A DNA stretch of 64,000 bases from Octopus sinensis (taxonomy: Eukaryota): the NCBI RefSeq assembly GCF_006345805.1, contig NC_043019.1:29139360-29203359 (forward strand), given 5' to 3'. Made by a program: the position numbers and the translations under genes. The notes under the pieces are model-generated. The model had not been told where the DNA came from. It was given only the letters and a program-made list of their open reading frames with translations, and did not search any database. Positions 25,721 to 39,155 of the stretch are shown here, piece after piece (position 1 is the stretch's first letter; the number at the start of each line of letters is the position of its first letter).

Positions 25721-26447
25721 CCCCACCACTGCTTTATAACTGGTGTTGGTTTGTTTATGTCCCCTATAACTTAGTTGTTTGGCAAAAGAGACTGACAGAA
25801 GCACCAGGTTTTATAAAGGAAAAGTACTGGGACTGATTCATTCAACTAAAAAGTCTTCAAAGCAGTGCTCCAGCATGGGAGCAGCCCAATGACTGAAGCA
25901 TGTAAGATAAAAATATACATCAAGGCAGTGCCCCAGCATGGCCATTGTCCAATGACTGAAACAAGTAAAAGATAAAAGATACATACATAAAAGATTATAT
26001 ATGATGGTATATCAAATAACATAAAAGATAAATTCTCTAATTATTGAAATAGTCTTTACTTCCAGAGAGAGTAGATCAGTTGCTTGGTGACAAGCAACCA
26101 AGTCCAAATGAAAAGAAGAGATAACCTCAAGAATCAAGAATTTTTCCAAAACTGACATGCAATTATTGAAAGAGCCGATTGTGTAGAAATAAATGTAAAT
26201 GTATTTAAGTCACAATATACAGATTCAAGTAATCCGGTTGTACTCTTAAAAATAGCTCCTTAATGTATCATTGTACAGACCATATAGAAAATGTAGTAAT
26301 ATACAAGAGAAAAGGATAAGGAGTGTATAAAGTCTTAAATGGCAAAGAAATATTTTGTTGAACTTAGGAATTTTCTTATTGTTAAATAAAAGTTCATCAA
26401 AATATTTGTCATTTATGACTTTATATAAACACACATATATACATATA

Positions 26448-26967
26448 CCATAAATTCTCGAGTATAGTCCACTAGTCCACCCTTGAGTATAATACGCAGG
26501 GGATTTTTAGGGGGCTGTACCTCTGAAAAACCTAAACCTTGAGTATAATATGCACCCCTTCTCTAACTTGAGTCAAGGAGGTCTATATAACGTCCTTGGT
26601 TTGTAAAACTGTATACAGTAACGTCCTTTATTATTATTGTATATGTAACATAATGCAAACGTGTAGCTTTTTTGTGCATTTTGTTTGCAGAAAATAAAGA
26701 AATAACAGTAATAACGTTTAATAAATGTTGCTTACTGCAAGTTATGGATGATTCTTTTATGACTTCATTGTTTTCAGGTCTAGCTTAAGGTATTTTTGCA
26801 CCCGACATCACAAAATGCATCTGAATAAACATTGCTGGACAATAAATAGAGACTTGAACATTGCTTAGAAAATAACTTTCATTTTTAACCTCATGTATAA
26901 TACGCACTAGGGATTTTGACCTTTAAATTTTGGGGAAAAAATGCGGATTATACTTGAGGATTTACGG
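26448..26967. mobile_element. pogo/Tigger-type non-autonomous element
   Basis: TA|CCATAAATTCTCGAGTATA ... TATACTTGAGGATTTACGG|TA, with internal GTATAATACGCA repeats. Confidence 0.75.
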
Positions 26968-28069
26968 TACACACACACATATATACATACATAAATACAT
27001 ACACGTATATACACATACATGTGAGTATACACACACACATTTACATGTTTGTGTATGTGTGTGCATGTGTCTACTAACTATGCTATGTGTGTGTGTGTGC
27101 ATGTGTGTGTGTGTGTGTCTCCACACGTGCACATAACTTCCTGATGGCCAGTAAAATGAAATTAAACCAATCACATTGTTAAAAAAAAAAATTTTTTTTT
27201 TTTATACATCTGTTTACTTTACAATTTAAGACTTTACATTTTTATTCACAAGATATCAAGTACATTAGGTTGACAATACCATAACAGATTACACCGTCTT
27301 AAACTGAAAATCAGTTTATTCCATTTTCTTTATCACGTAAGGCTGGTATTTTTGAAAAGATTTAGTACCAACAAAATTACCTGCTGTGTCATCTAGTAGC
27401 TGAAGGTCACGATGACCTCCCACTTGTGTTAAGTGTAGCCAATTATGAAAGAGACAAGTCTATATGCATTCCAGTTCTGCTGAATAAAATGCTTACTGTT
27501 AATAATTTTAATATCCAACCATCTTTCTCCACTTCAGGTTCTTTTATACAAAACTCCCCTCTTTCAAATGTTTACATTTAAATTTAAATCTTCCATCATA
27601 TGCTTTTAATATAAGAATACAAGCTAAATGTAGAAATGAATGAATGAGCTGATGGCTTAGTCTATGTGGAGCCTCTTGATCTGCTACAAATAACAGTTAA
27701 ATCTCACCCAAAACATACAGTCTAAAAATATAACTATGCTGTGAGGTCTTGAGGAAGTTAAGGCTATATTAAAAACAAAATGATCGAATGGTCATGACTG
27801 AGTCACATTTAATATGTCAGCTAAATCAGAGTTGAATTTTGTTTAAAGAGCAACAACAACGGCTAATAAATGGAATGAGTTACTATAAAACACTATGTAT
27901 AATATACTAATATATACTAAACACATCTTAATTTTTGGACCTGGATTCTCGAAAAAGAAAACTCATAATATTATGTGTAATATGCAGTGTTGTATGTAGA
28001 TAATCTACTGTAATCCCCTATATTAGCTTTTTATTTTTCATTTTATGTAAAATAAATTAATACATATAG

Positions 28070-28219
28070 GCGTAGGAGTGCTTATGAACCACATGGTTCT
28101 GGGTTCATTCCCACTGCGTGGCACCTTGGGCAAGTGTCTTCTACTATAGCCTCGGTTCGACCAAAGCCTTGTGAGTGGATTTGGTAGATGAAAACTGAAA
28201 GAAGCCTGTCGTATATATC

Positions 28220-28267
<48 letters not shown>

Positions 28268-28478
28268 GTGTATGTGTGAGTCTATGTTTGTCCCCCCCAA
28301 CATCGCTTGACAACCGATGCTGGTGTGTATATGTCCCCGTAACTTAGCGGTTCGGCAAAAGAGACTGATAGAATAAGTACTAGGCTTACAAAGAATAAGT
28401 CCTGGCATCTATTTGCTCGACTAAAGGTGGTGCTCCAGCATGGCCACAGTCAAATGACTGACACAAGTAAAAGAGTAA
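28070..28478 (+). mobile_element. Family A SINE
   Basis: Same architecture as 13779-14184, with a head deletion. Confidence 0.85.
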
Positions 28479-30199
28479 ATATAATATCAATATGAAATGT
28501 TTTATATAGAATGAACTGATATATAATAAACACATAATCAAAAACAAAGCTTTATTACATATTGTATTTCATAATAAAAAGTGGTGGTGGTGGTGGTGGT
28601 AATGAGGAAACCTCATTTTTTATCTTGATTTTAGTGAGATAAGTACATTCACATGCTTGAAGTTTTGTTTATTAAATCCCTACAAATTCTTCATTATTTT
28701 CACAGTAAATTGAAGTTTAGAACTATAGACCATATTTTCCAGCACACAAGTCAACATAGCTATATAGTGTAAACATGTAATATAAACATCCAAACACTGT
28801 CAATATCTTTCCAAATTCTGCTGCATTTCACATGGAACTTTTTGGTCCTACCCAAGTGTCTTAGTGTTATAAGTCAACCAATGCCTTCTGGTTGTAAAAT
28901 TTAGTCTGGAAAATTTAACTTGTAAATTTCTTCCAAATTGCACCCTTCTATCTTATATATGTACATACAGTATTTTCTGGCATATCCTCATCTCCACCAC
29001 CATCATCAAGACAGATGTTAAATGATGATGAGGAGGAGGGGGAGGTGGATGTGCAAGAAAATATGCTATGTACACATATAAGACAGAAGGGTGCAAATTG
29101 AAAGAAATTTAGCTGCTATTTCTAACAGGTCTAGTGACCATGTAGATGTTTCCTTCATTAGCTCATGCATACATATCGTATTTTCTGACATGCCAGTCAA
29201 TATAGTATATAGTCTTAACATTTGTGTTAGTGTATAAGTTGACCAACTATTTTTGGCTGAAAATTTTGGTCTGGAAAATTTGACTTGGAAAATACAGTAT
29301 TTTGTTGGAAATTTACTCCCAAAAAGGTCAATCACTTCTAGTCTTTTAAGTTTCCACGGAGACAGCACGATGGACATGATCATAGAAGAGACGAGAGAAG
29401 CAAAAATATTACAAAATAGAAGCGACAACAGAAGAAAATATATTACCGAAGCAATACAAATTTAAAAAAAAAAACTTCTTCAAGAAGCTGCAGTGTTAAC
29501 TTAAGATATGAAAGCTATCAACAAATCCAAGACTACCTCTGTTAAAAATTTCATATTTGAAAATATTCAAATGTCAATGGATGCAGGCATGGCTGAATAC
29601 AAAAGACTACATTAACTAATCTATCATTTGACTTGGTTCTTTTTTTAACCCCAGGTCAGCACTGATCAAGAAGGCACTATGGTCCAGTTATAACCATTGA
29701 CTGTTTTAAACGTTTTGAGATGTAGTATATATGTATGATTAGAACAAAGCAATCTATTGTTTCGTACATAAGATATTAGGTCGGTGTGATTTCAGGTAAA
29801 CTGAGACAATATGTCTAGCAGGTCAAGTTGAATGGCCACATAGATTGAGATTGGTGAAGTTTACATGGGAATTTTAAAAATAAATTACATTCAAACTTCA
29901 CATCACTTGGGACAAAGAGATTATTGGAGTGTCAGTTTAAATGATTTAGAAGATCAAACAAGTAACAACCGGATTGAGACTCAGCTCTTATTCGGGAATT
30001 GCTTTTAAAATCAACATCATCAGCATACACCAACAATAAAGCCATGTTGCATTCATGTGTGCGAGCGCATGCATGCGTGTGTGTGTGTCTGTGTGTGTAA
30101 TCTATTTGAGCTGGGGTAAGTGGAATTATTGAATGAGAGAGAGAGAGAGAAAAACAATGAGGAGGAGCATATAGCTTTCAATTATTTTCCCAAAATATT

Positions 30200-30700
30200 A
30201 CTTAGCCATGCATGGTGGGGCTGTGTGGTTCAGAAGCTTGATTCTCAACTATATGGACGAGGGTTCAGTCCCACAGTGTGACACCTTGGGCAAGTGTTTC
30301 CTGCTATAGCCTCAAGCTGATCAAACCTCGTTAGTTAATTTGGTAGACAGAAACTGAAAGAAGCCCATGCTATACATACATGTGTGTGTGTGTGTGTGTG
30401 TTTGTGTGTTTGTGTGTGTATCTATGAATATATTGGCTTATTTATAGACCCATAACTTAGTGGTTCAACAAAAGAAACCTAAAGAATAAGTGCCAGGTTT
30501 TACATACATGTGTGTGTGTGTGTCTATGAATATATTGGCTTTTTTACAGACCCATAACTTAGTGGTTCAACAAAAGAAACCTAAAGAATAAGTGCCAGGT
30601 TTTAAAGAAAATAGGTCCTGGGATTGATTTGTTCGACTAAAACCTTCAAGGTGGTGTTCTAGCATGGCCACAGTTAAATAACTAAAGCAAGTAAAAAAAA
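30200..30700 (+). mobile_element. Old family A SINE with an internal ~102-bp tandem duplication
   Basis: TCTATGAATATATTGGC...GTGCCAGGTTTTA at 30421 and 30523. Confidence 0.7.
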
Positions 30701-31316
30701 AAAAAGACAAAAGATACAGACACAACTCAACAGTCGTAATACACACAAAAAAAGAGAAAGTTCTCAGTGCCATAGAATAGTGTATTAATTTGCTTGGTTG
30801 AAACCAGCAGTGGGCAACTAGTAGTAATGGTCTACATGCATGAAAGTCACGTCATTTCTTTGAAGATGGTGATATGATGAAATGTCACAAGTTTCATGGA
30901 AGGAAATTAACAGTAGTTGCTAGTGTTCATTTCAGCTGATCAAATTAAATGTGTATGCATATATGAAAGTAAATGTGTATGCATGTTTGGAATGTGTGTG
31001 TGTGTGTGTGTGTGTGTACAGGCATGAATAGCCACATAGTTCCAGGTTCAGTTCCACTGCATGGCACCTTGGGCATGCGTCTTTTACTATAGCTCTAGAC
31101 AGACCAAAGATTTGTCAGTGGGTTTGGTTGACAGAAACTGAAAGAAACCATTACACACACACACACATATATACACACACACACATATATATATATATAC
31201 ACACACATACATACATACATATATATACACACACATACATACATACATATATATACACACACATACTACATACATATATATACACACACATACATACATA
31301 CATAATATACACACAC

Positions 31317-31363
<47 letters not shown>

Positions 31364-31430
31364 ATACATATACATACATCATATATATAAATTGTTATAT
31401 TTCAGAATGGTCATTTTGCCAGTTTAGCCA

Positions 31431-31467
<37 letters not shown>

Positions 31468-32628
31468 TATATATATATACACAACACATACACATACACA
31501 GGGTGCAATGAATAAACTTTTGTCTAAATTACACAAAAAATGAAAAGAACACTGACATCTCATTTTAACAGATATATTTACCAAAGTTACATAGAAATAT
31601 CTTGAAATATTAAAGAGTGATCCTTATTGCCAAACTTAACTGTTTTTTAAGGAAGATATATTTTTTACTCCACTGGTTATCACACATAAAAACTGATTAC
31701 ACCTTTGAGCTACAGAATGTATTGTGTACATACATACACATATATGTTTACACACACACAAAATTGTGATCATGTGATTGACTTGACAATTGAATGTCAT
31801 CATACACAATGCACTTTACTTTGTTTTAGATTTTGAATGATGCCACCCAACTGGCTAGACAAGCAGGCCAACATTCCCCCTGATTTCAAGGCCAGTCTGT
31901 TGCAGGATTGCTCATTTGTAGCTGAGTGAACTGGAGCAACATGAATTGAAGAGTTTTGCTCAAGAACACAATGTGCAGCTGGTCTGGGAATTGAAAGTAC
32001 ACTCACTTGATCATGAGTGCAGCATACTTGACCACTAGGCCACACATCTTCCCCACATTTATACACATCATCATCCTCATCATTTTACATCTGTTCTCTT
32101 TGCTTGTATGGGTTGGATGGATAATAACAGTCTGAGTCAGAGATTACTAAGGGTCACTATTCTTACAGAGAGGTTCTAGTATATTTCTCTTTAGACTGGT
32201 TTCTACAACTGGACACCCTTCCTATTGTCACGAATATGGACAAAAGTCTATTTGACCTCTATAGTGTTGATGCTACAACAAAATGTACACACTACACTTG
32301 TGAAATTGGTTGGCAATAGGTAGGGCATCCAGCCATAGAAACCAAATGAAACAGCATGTATGAACATCAAACTTTCAGAACAGCAGCTCCCAATATGAAA
32401 TGATTTGGACTGTGACAACCCATCCATGCCAGAATGAAAAACAGACATAAAATAAAGATGATGATGTACACATGATGTACAAACATTATACAGACATACA
32501 TAGTTATATACACACACACACACACAGAGGTATATACGCATATATACATACACAGGTATACATATACACACGCACATATATAAGTATATCTGTACATATA
32601 AATATACCTACACACACACACACATACG

Positions 32629-32659
<31 letters not shown>

Positions 32660-32829
32660 CTATATATATATATATTATATATATATATATATATCTATAT
32701 ATTATATATATATATATATATATGTCTATGTATGGACGAATGTGTGTGTCTGTGTGTCTGTGAGTGCATATACACATACACCCACATATATAAAGACCAA
32801 AATAGTGTTGCTTTAAAATCAATAGTGAA

Positions 32830-32925
32830 TCCAATACTGTACGGTCTTTTGAAGATGTCAAATTGTATAGAGTAGGATTTAATCATTGGAAATCTGTGCC
32901 AGAACATGTCAAATACTTTGCTAAT
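32830..32925 (-). mobile_element. LINE reverse transcriptase motif remnant
   Basis: Encodes ISKVFDMFWHR...IKSYSI, resembling DISKAFD-VWH of CR1/L2/jockey RTs. Confidence 0.55.
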
Positions 32926-33304
32926 GGTGAGGACTATAATTCAAACCTGTAGAGGAAAGGATATCTAGCTATTGAGACAGAACGGGAGAGGAAGGGGAGA
33001 AAGAAAGGGAGAAAGAAAGGCAGAGTGGTTGGGGAGAATGCAAGATAGATAAACGAAGAGAGAATGAGAGAGTGCGAGAGAGAGAAAATGAGAGAGAGAG
33101 AGAGAGAGAGGGAGTGCGACTTGAAGGAGATTGAAGATGAGAACATAAGAGAGAATGGTATATATTTATGTGGAAGAGAGATAGGACGGGGAAAGAGAGA
33201 CGGAAGAACAGAGATGGCTATGGGTGAGCAGGATGAAAACTAGATAGAAGAGGAGGAGGAGGGGGTGGATAGGATAGAGATGGCTGAGGGTGAAGCTGGA
33301 GAGG

Positions 33305-33342
<38 letters not shown>

Positions 33343-33743
33343 GTGGTGAGGCAGGATGAAATCTAGATGGGAGAGCGGGGGTGATGGTGGTGGTGGAGGG
33401 AGAGATAATAAGAAAATGGGATGGAATGGGACAGAAAGAGAAAATAGAAACGAGAGAGAGAGAGAGAGAGAGAAATATGCTGCAATAGAAAGAGATGGAG
33501 AAAGGAACCCCCCCCCACAACTGTTTCTGTTACTATGAAACAAACAGAAAACAACATCAATGTGTTGGGGGGAGAGAGGGGGGAGGAGAGGAGGAGGGGT
33601 AGAGTAGAGAGGGACATAAAAACATAATTGCATGTTTCCATGTTGATAAACATATAACATGGAAACATGAAAGCTAAACAATGTGGCATGTTATTAGGCA
33701 TTATTTATTATTTTCATTGATGTTGTTGTTTTCAGCTGTGAAA

Positions 33744-33781
<38 letters not shown>

Positions 33782-33789
33782 GCTATTAT

Positions 33790-34130
33790 CACATTTTTCA
33801 ACAGTTTTCATCCAAGGCTTCTGCTGTACCACTAGCAGGTGCACCTCTATGCGTTCCTGCGCTATGTTGCAGGATAGGATTGTCTTCTTCTGAGGGGTGC
33901 AAAAACTGGCGCTCATATATTTTGCATGCATGTGTGAAGCCTCTGTGGCCAATAAAGAAATTACTACTACTACCACTACTACTACTACCACCACCACCAC
34001 CACTACTACTACTACTACAATCACCATTACAGTGTTTTCAACAGTTTCAATGTGCAGCTTCTGTTGCACCACCAGGTGCACTTCCTGCAGTATGTTTCAG
34101 CACATTGACTTTTGGGAATGCAAAGAATTA
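33790..34130 (-). repeat. Two diverged head-to-tail copies of one element end, each abutting a trinucleotide repeat
   Basis: TTTTCAACAGTTT...GCTTCTG.TG.ACCAC...CAGGTGCAC at ~33793 and ~34034. Confidence 0.6.
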
Positions 34131-34219
34131 TCGCTTTTTTTTATGTCGTATTTGTTTTGTTTTTGGTGATATTTTATTGTTTCCTTTGCTGTTTATTGTT
34201 ATTTCTGTTGTGACTGTTA

Positions 34220-34251
<32 letters not shown>

Positions 34252-34626
34252 GTTATTGTTGTTGTTGTTATTATTTCGGCTATTTTACTCCATATAAATC
34301 GTCATGATGTTTTTGTATTTCATTCTTCTACGGTCTCCAACATCTTGGGCCATTGTGGCCAATAAAAGAAATAATTATAATGACTAGATTGGTAGGATTG
34401 TTAGTTAAAAAAAAAAAACTGAAGTGCATTGCTGTAATTCTTCTGCTTCTTTATGTTCTTAGTTCAAATCCTGCCACGGTCTCCTTTGCTTTCTATCATT
34501 CTAGGGTTGGAAAAATACAATACTAGTCAAGTGTAGAGCTGATTTAATCAAACTTTTCTCCCACAATTTTCAGGCTCTGTGTCTATGGTGGGTGGTTATA
34601 ATAATAATAATAATAATAATAATAAT

Positions 34627-34894
34627 TTCTGCCCCAAAATGGCAGAAATTCAAAAGATAGTGCTCATGGGAACTGCTCATATCCTATGCAAAATACTTTC
34701 TATGTAATCTCAAGTCTTAAAACAAACATAATTTTTGTATGTTTTTTAGGCATTCACTAGTACAACACTAAGTACAAAACCAAATATATGGCACCCTAGG
34801 CATAACACCAACATGAACTTCCGACTTGTTGTCTCTTGAGGTCTCTGGGTGAGACTTGGAGCCAGCTTGTGCAAATATAAAGCAAAAGTCAAAC

Positions 34895-34896
<2 letters not shown>
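34627..34896 (+). mobile_element. 5'-truncated R4/Dong-type non-LTR element (C-terminus plus 3'UTR) in (TAA)n
   Basis: PKMAEIQKIVLMGTAHILCKILSM* resembles the C-terminus of RLE-bearing elements; (TAA)n on both sides. Confidence 0.7.
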
Positions 34897-34932
<36 letters not shown>

Positions 34933-35863
34933 GGAATTTTGGATAAAAAAGTTCAGTAGTTGCCATAAATTGATCACAAAGCAATTTAATGCATTGATCA
35001 ATGGAGAAGAAATCCCGGGCTGGTTGACAAAAAGAATGGTGTTGTGCCTGAAGGATGCATCAAAGGGAAATGCTGCTGACAATTACAGACCAATTTCGTG
35101 CCTCCCATTAATGTGGAAGTTACTGTTAGGAGGAATTGCAGAAGAATTGTATAAACTTCTTGATGAGAACGATATATTACCACCCAAACAAAAAGGCTGC
35201 AGAAGGTGATGCAGAGGTACCAAAGATCACCTATTGATAGACAAAATGGTAACGTAAGACTGTAAATGAAGGAGAACAAATCTGGGAATAGCCTGGATTG
35301 ACAATCACAAAGCTTATGATATGATTCTGCATTCATGGACCATCAAGTGCTTACGTCTGTGTCGAATTGTGAGGAATGTAATGTGTTTCCTGAAGAGAAG
35401 TATGGTGGGATGAAAAACTGAACTGACATCTTACGGAAAAAGCTTGAGCACTCTGGGTGTCAGATGAAGGATTTTCCAGGGTGATAGCCTATCTCCGTTG
35501 CTTTTTGTTCTCTGCATGATACCTCTGACCTTGGTACTTAGGAAAACGAACCTGGGGAACCAACTTAAGGAAAAATCCCAAACAATCAACCACCTCCTCT
35601 TCATGGATGATTTGAAACTGTATGGCAAAAATGAGACACAAGTGATTTCCTTGGTGAGCATGGTCTACTGTTTTAGTACTGATATTAGAATGGAATTTGG
35701 ACTAAAGAAGTGCAGAATAATCTACCTAAAAAGAGGCAACGTACAGTCCCTAGCAGGGATAGAACTACCAAACAGAGACTTAATTAAGCAAATTGAAACA
35801 GAAGGATACAAATATCTTGGTGTACTAGTGTTCAATGAGATAATGAAAGAGGAAATGGAAAAA
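34933..35863 (+). mobile_element. R4/Dong-clade reverse transcriptase pseudogene
   Basis: One frame with stops: [66 protein letters not shown]. Confidence 0.88.
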
Positions 35864-36010
35864 TTTGGTGGGAGAGTGATAGTCAATTACATCGACCTCC
35901 AGTGCTCAACTGGTACTTATTTCATTGACCCCCAAAAGGATGAAAGGCAAAGTTGACCTCGGTGGAATTTTAACTCGGAACATAAAAACGGACGAATAGT
36001 GTGTGGGAGA
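35864..36010 (-). mobile_element. Headless family B SINE body
   Basis: GTTCCGAGTTAAAATTCCACCGAGGTCAACTTTGCCTTTCATCC...AAGTACCAGTTGAGCACTGG. Confidence 0.8.
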
Positions 36011-36120
36011 TGCTTACAGTACCAAGGTTTCCCAAGTGGTCACCCATCTAAGTACTCACTAGGCCCGACATTGCTTAACTTTGGTGACCAGACGAGAACC
36101 GGTGCATTCAATATATGACC
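36011..36120 (-). pseudogene. 5S rRNA-derived sequence
   Basis: Minus strand GGTCATATATTGAATGCACCGGTTCTCGTCTGGTCACCAAAGTTAAGCAATGTCGGGCCTAGTGAGTACTTAGATGGGTGACCACTTGGGAAACCTTGGTACTGTAAGCA resembles animal 5S (A box AAGTTAAGC, C box region ATGGGTGACC); the first few nt are missing. Confidence 0.85.
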
Positions 36121-38325
36121 TATTATTATTATTATTATTACTGTTGTCATTATTTAGTTTTGTGATTTATTTATTATAATTAGATTTAGTCGCTTAAATC
36201 ATTGATAAGATTTGGTTAATTTGTAATCAGGTCTCCTTTAAATGTAGCTGGGGCATATACAGCAACAGAAGAAAAAAATCATTTTGTTCTTTTCTGTTTT
36301 AACTTGAGAATGTTGCAAGTGAGAGGTGCCAACCAATCCAATCGAATCAAACAGATTAATTATGAGTGAACAAAGAAGCTCCCACAACAGCAGGTGAGAA
36401 ACTCCTTGCCAGCAGGTAAAGCACAGCCTCCCATTTGAGTTTGAAATCACTCACTGGTTAATAAATAATGCATGATATCATTTTAATTAATGATGCTTCA
36501 TGCAATTTCAATCATATGTATGAATTTACAAAATTAACAATTCATTATTTCATCATCACCCCTGCACAGATGTGACCCTTGGAATTTCAATCTTGGTTAT
36601 TATAAAAGGTTTCTCCATATCTGTTCTAAATGGTTGTTCAGTTTGCTTGAAATAGTAAAAAAAATCTCCTTCATACCATACACTGATGTCTTAAAAAAGG
36701 AAGGACACATTGGATAATATACTCTTCAATACACTATGCCCTGCCAAAGGTAAGATTTAATGGTAATGGTAGAAATTCTTTGGTCATAGATTTGCTTGAG
36801 CTTGATCAGAGATGATCTGTAATTAACAATGAATTAATCACTAAAATATACAATGAAATCCATAGAGAGAGGAGGCTGGAAGGAAGAAAGGCATTCAGCG
36901 AAGAAAGAAAATGTGATTTTTTGGATATTTTTAATGCATGTAAACTTAAAGAAGTAGCCTTTTAGATACACAACACAAGTTTCACTGTCAGGACATCTTC
37001 ATTCTTGATAACTTCCTAGCTCTCTCTTTCTCTCTTTACCACTCTCCATAATTAATTTGTTTATCTTTTATGTCCATGATTCCCTACTAGCATGGGTTAG
37101 GTACATATGGGTACATATTTCTGAGGCATTATTTTATCACAGAATGTCCTCCTGTTGGTTAACCCTCATGTGTTTTTCAAGTAAGGCATTCTTCAATTCA
37201 CCCATCTATGAAAGCACAGAGTTACAAGGTGATTTTTTAATGATGAATGTCAACATAAAATAGCAATTTTACACAAATGGTTTCATGCAAAGACAAAAAC
37301 TGTTAGCATTCAAGCATCAAAGACAGTATTCTATACAGTTTTCATCAACCAGTTACACTCACAAGGAACTGGTTGATCCAAGACAATAGTAGAAGACATT
37401 TTCCCAAGGTGCCAAGTAGTGAGATTGAACTCAAAACCACTTGGAAGTGAACTCTATATCCACACAGCCATGCTTGCAGCTACAAGTTGTAATAAAACTC
37501 ACAGGAAGATTTCAAGGGCCAAGTGGTGGTGTTAAACAGGGGACAAGATTAATTCTCCCATCCAAAAAAAATTATCACTTTTGATACAGTTTCTATCTAT
37601 CAAATTACTAAATTTCACTCACAAGAAACTGAAGTAAACCTATTGTGTGTATGTTGTGAGGCTGTCCATATGGTCTATATAAGATTTTGTGGTTAAATTT
37701 CATGTGCAATAAATTGTTTATACTTCTAGAATACACAAAAGATTTTAACAATATTTTTAATACTAATGATATTTAATTAAAAAATACAAAAGAATTTTTT
37801 TCAAACATTGTATGGCTATGAAAGTTCAGCCATGCAAAATAAAAATAAAAAGAGTCCATAGGTAAAAAATTCTGGAGATTGCATGAGATATGATTCATCA
37901 TCAGGCAAGCCACACATTCAGTAAATCCCGCAGGCCACACTTTGCCCATGACTGGTGTAGATGCTACCTCAATGGCTTACTGGCAGACTAATTAGTAAAA
38001 CTACTCTGATACCATAGAATCTTTTCAAGAACCAAGTTTCAAATCTCCATATCCTTTCATCTCTACTTAAAGAGACACAGAAGAGTCAATGAAAAACAAA
38101 AAAAAAAAAAAAAAAAAGTCCTTTTAAATTAAAAAAATTTCAAGCATCATTGAGAATTAAATAAACATCAGAAATGACAATGGCATCCTGGGGCCCTACA
38201 AGGGGTCATAGAAAAGTAATAATTTATTGTATTTGTGTTTTGAGTTTTAAAAAGAGCAGCATTACAGAATGTTTAATTTGATTTTATCTTTACACAATGA
38301 CTGCCTCATCATATCATGCATACAT

Positions 38326-38358
<33 letters not shown>

Positions 38359-39123
38359 CACAAGTTGCTGCTAATGTGGTGGGGTCTAATAGTTTCCATG
38401 TGCTTAGTTCCATGGTGTGTGTGTGTCCTTCATACAAAAACAAAGAAAAGGAACGAGCAAATATCTGAGAAATTTGCTCCGGGCCTAAGCAAAGAATTAT
38501 ATGAAATTGCAGTAAAGAAAACTTAATAAATACCTAAAAAAACAAAAAAACAAAACAAAACAAAAAAACAAAACACAACAAAAAAAAAAAATGTAATAGG
38601 GATAAATTAGAAAGGAGTGGAGAGAGAGCAAGAGAGAGACGGGGGAAGAGAGAGAGAGATTCACACTGTTGTAGTGGAGGGCTGGCTATACATTTTAATA
38701 TCTTTTTTACATAAAATTACAAACAAAATGCTAATATTTTCCAACATTTTTATCCTGTAGACGTAAAACTTTATAAATTTGAATTCTCGAGCGAACGCAT
38801 TTAATCTTAAGTACAAGGCAAAATAAATAAATAAATAAATAAGAACACTTCCCAATTTCTTTTTTGGGGTGGGTAAACAATAAATAAATGAAAATACAAT
38901 TAGAATAAATATTAAAAAAATATATTTTTAAAAATGAAAAATATTTTTAGAAAAAAAATGATCTCATCAAAATATTAATTTGAAAATCATGAATATCATT
39001 TTGTACTTGAAGCTTAAAAAATTCATAAGAATGAGAAGTAGTAATGTTGAGTCTTTTCCCCATTAGTAGAGGACTTGAAATACATTGATTTCCGTCACAT
39101 GAATCCATTGATCCCTTTCACGT

Positions 39124-39155
<32 letters not shown>

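Noticed and set aside
27375-27416. Minus-strand LQLLDDTAG before a strong donor, as a small-GTPase exon
   Set aside because: The motif differs from WDTAG/LDTAG, the good acceptors give stops, and no other GTPase motifs were found.
29350-29465. ILQNRSDNRRKYITEAIQI as a GIY-YIG C-terminus
   Set aside because: Suggestive but too short to call without the N-terminal motifs.
32806-32952. Open plus-strand frame RSFEDVKLYRVGFNHW as a host exon
   Set aside because: The opposite strand carries a LINE RT motif, a simpler explanation.
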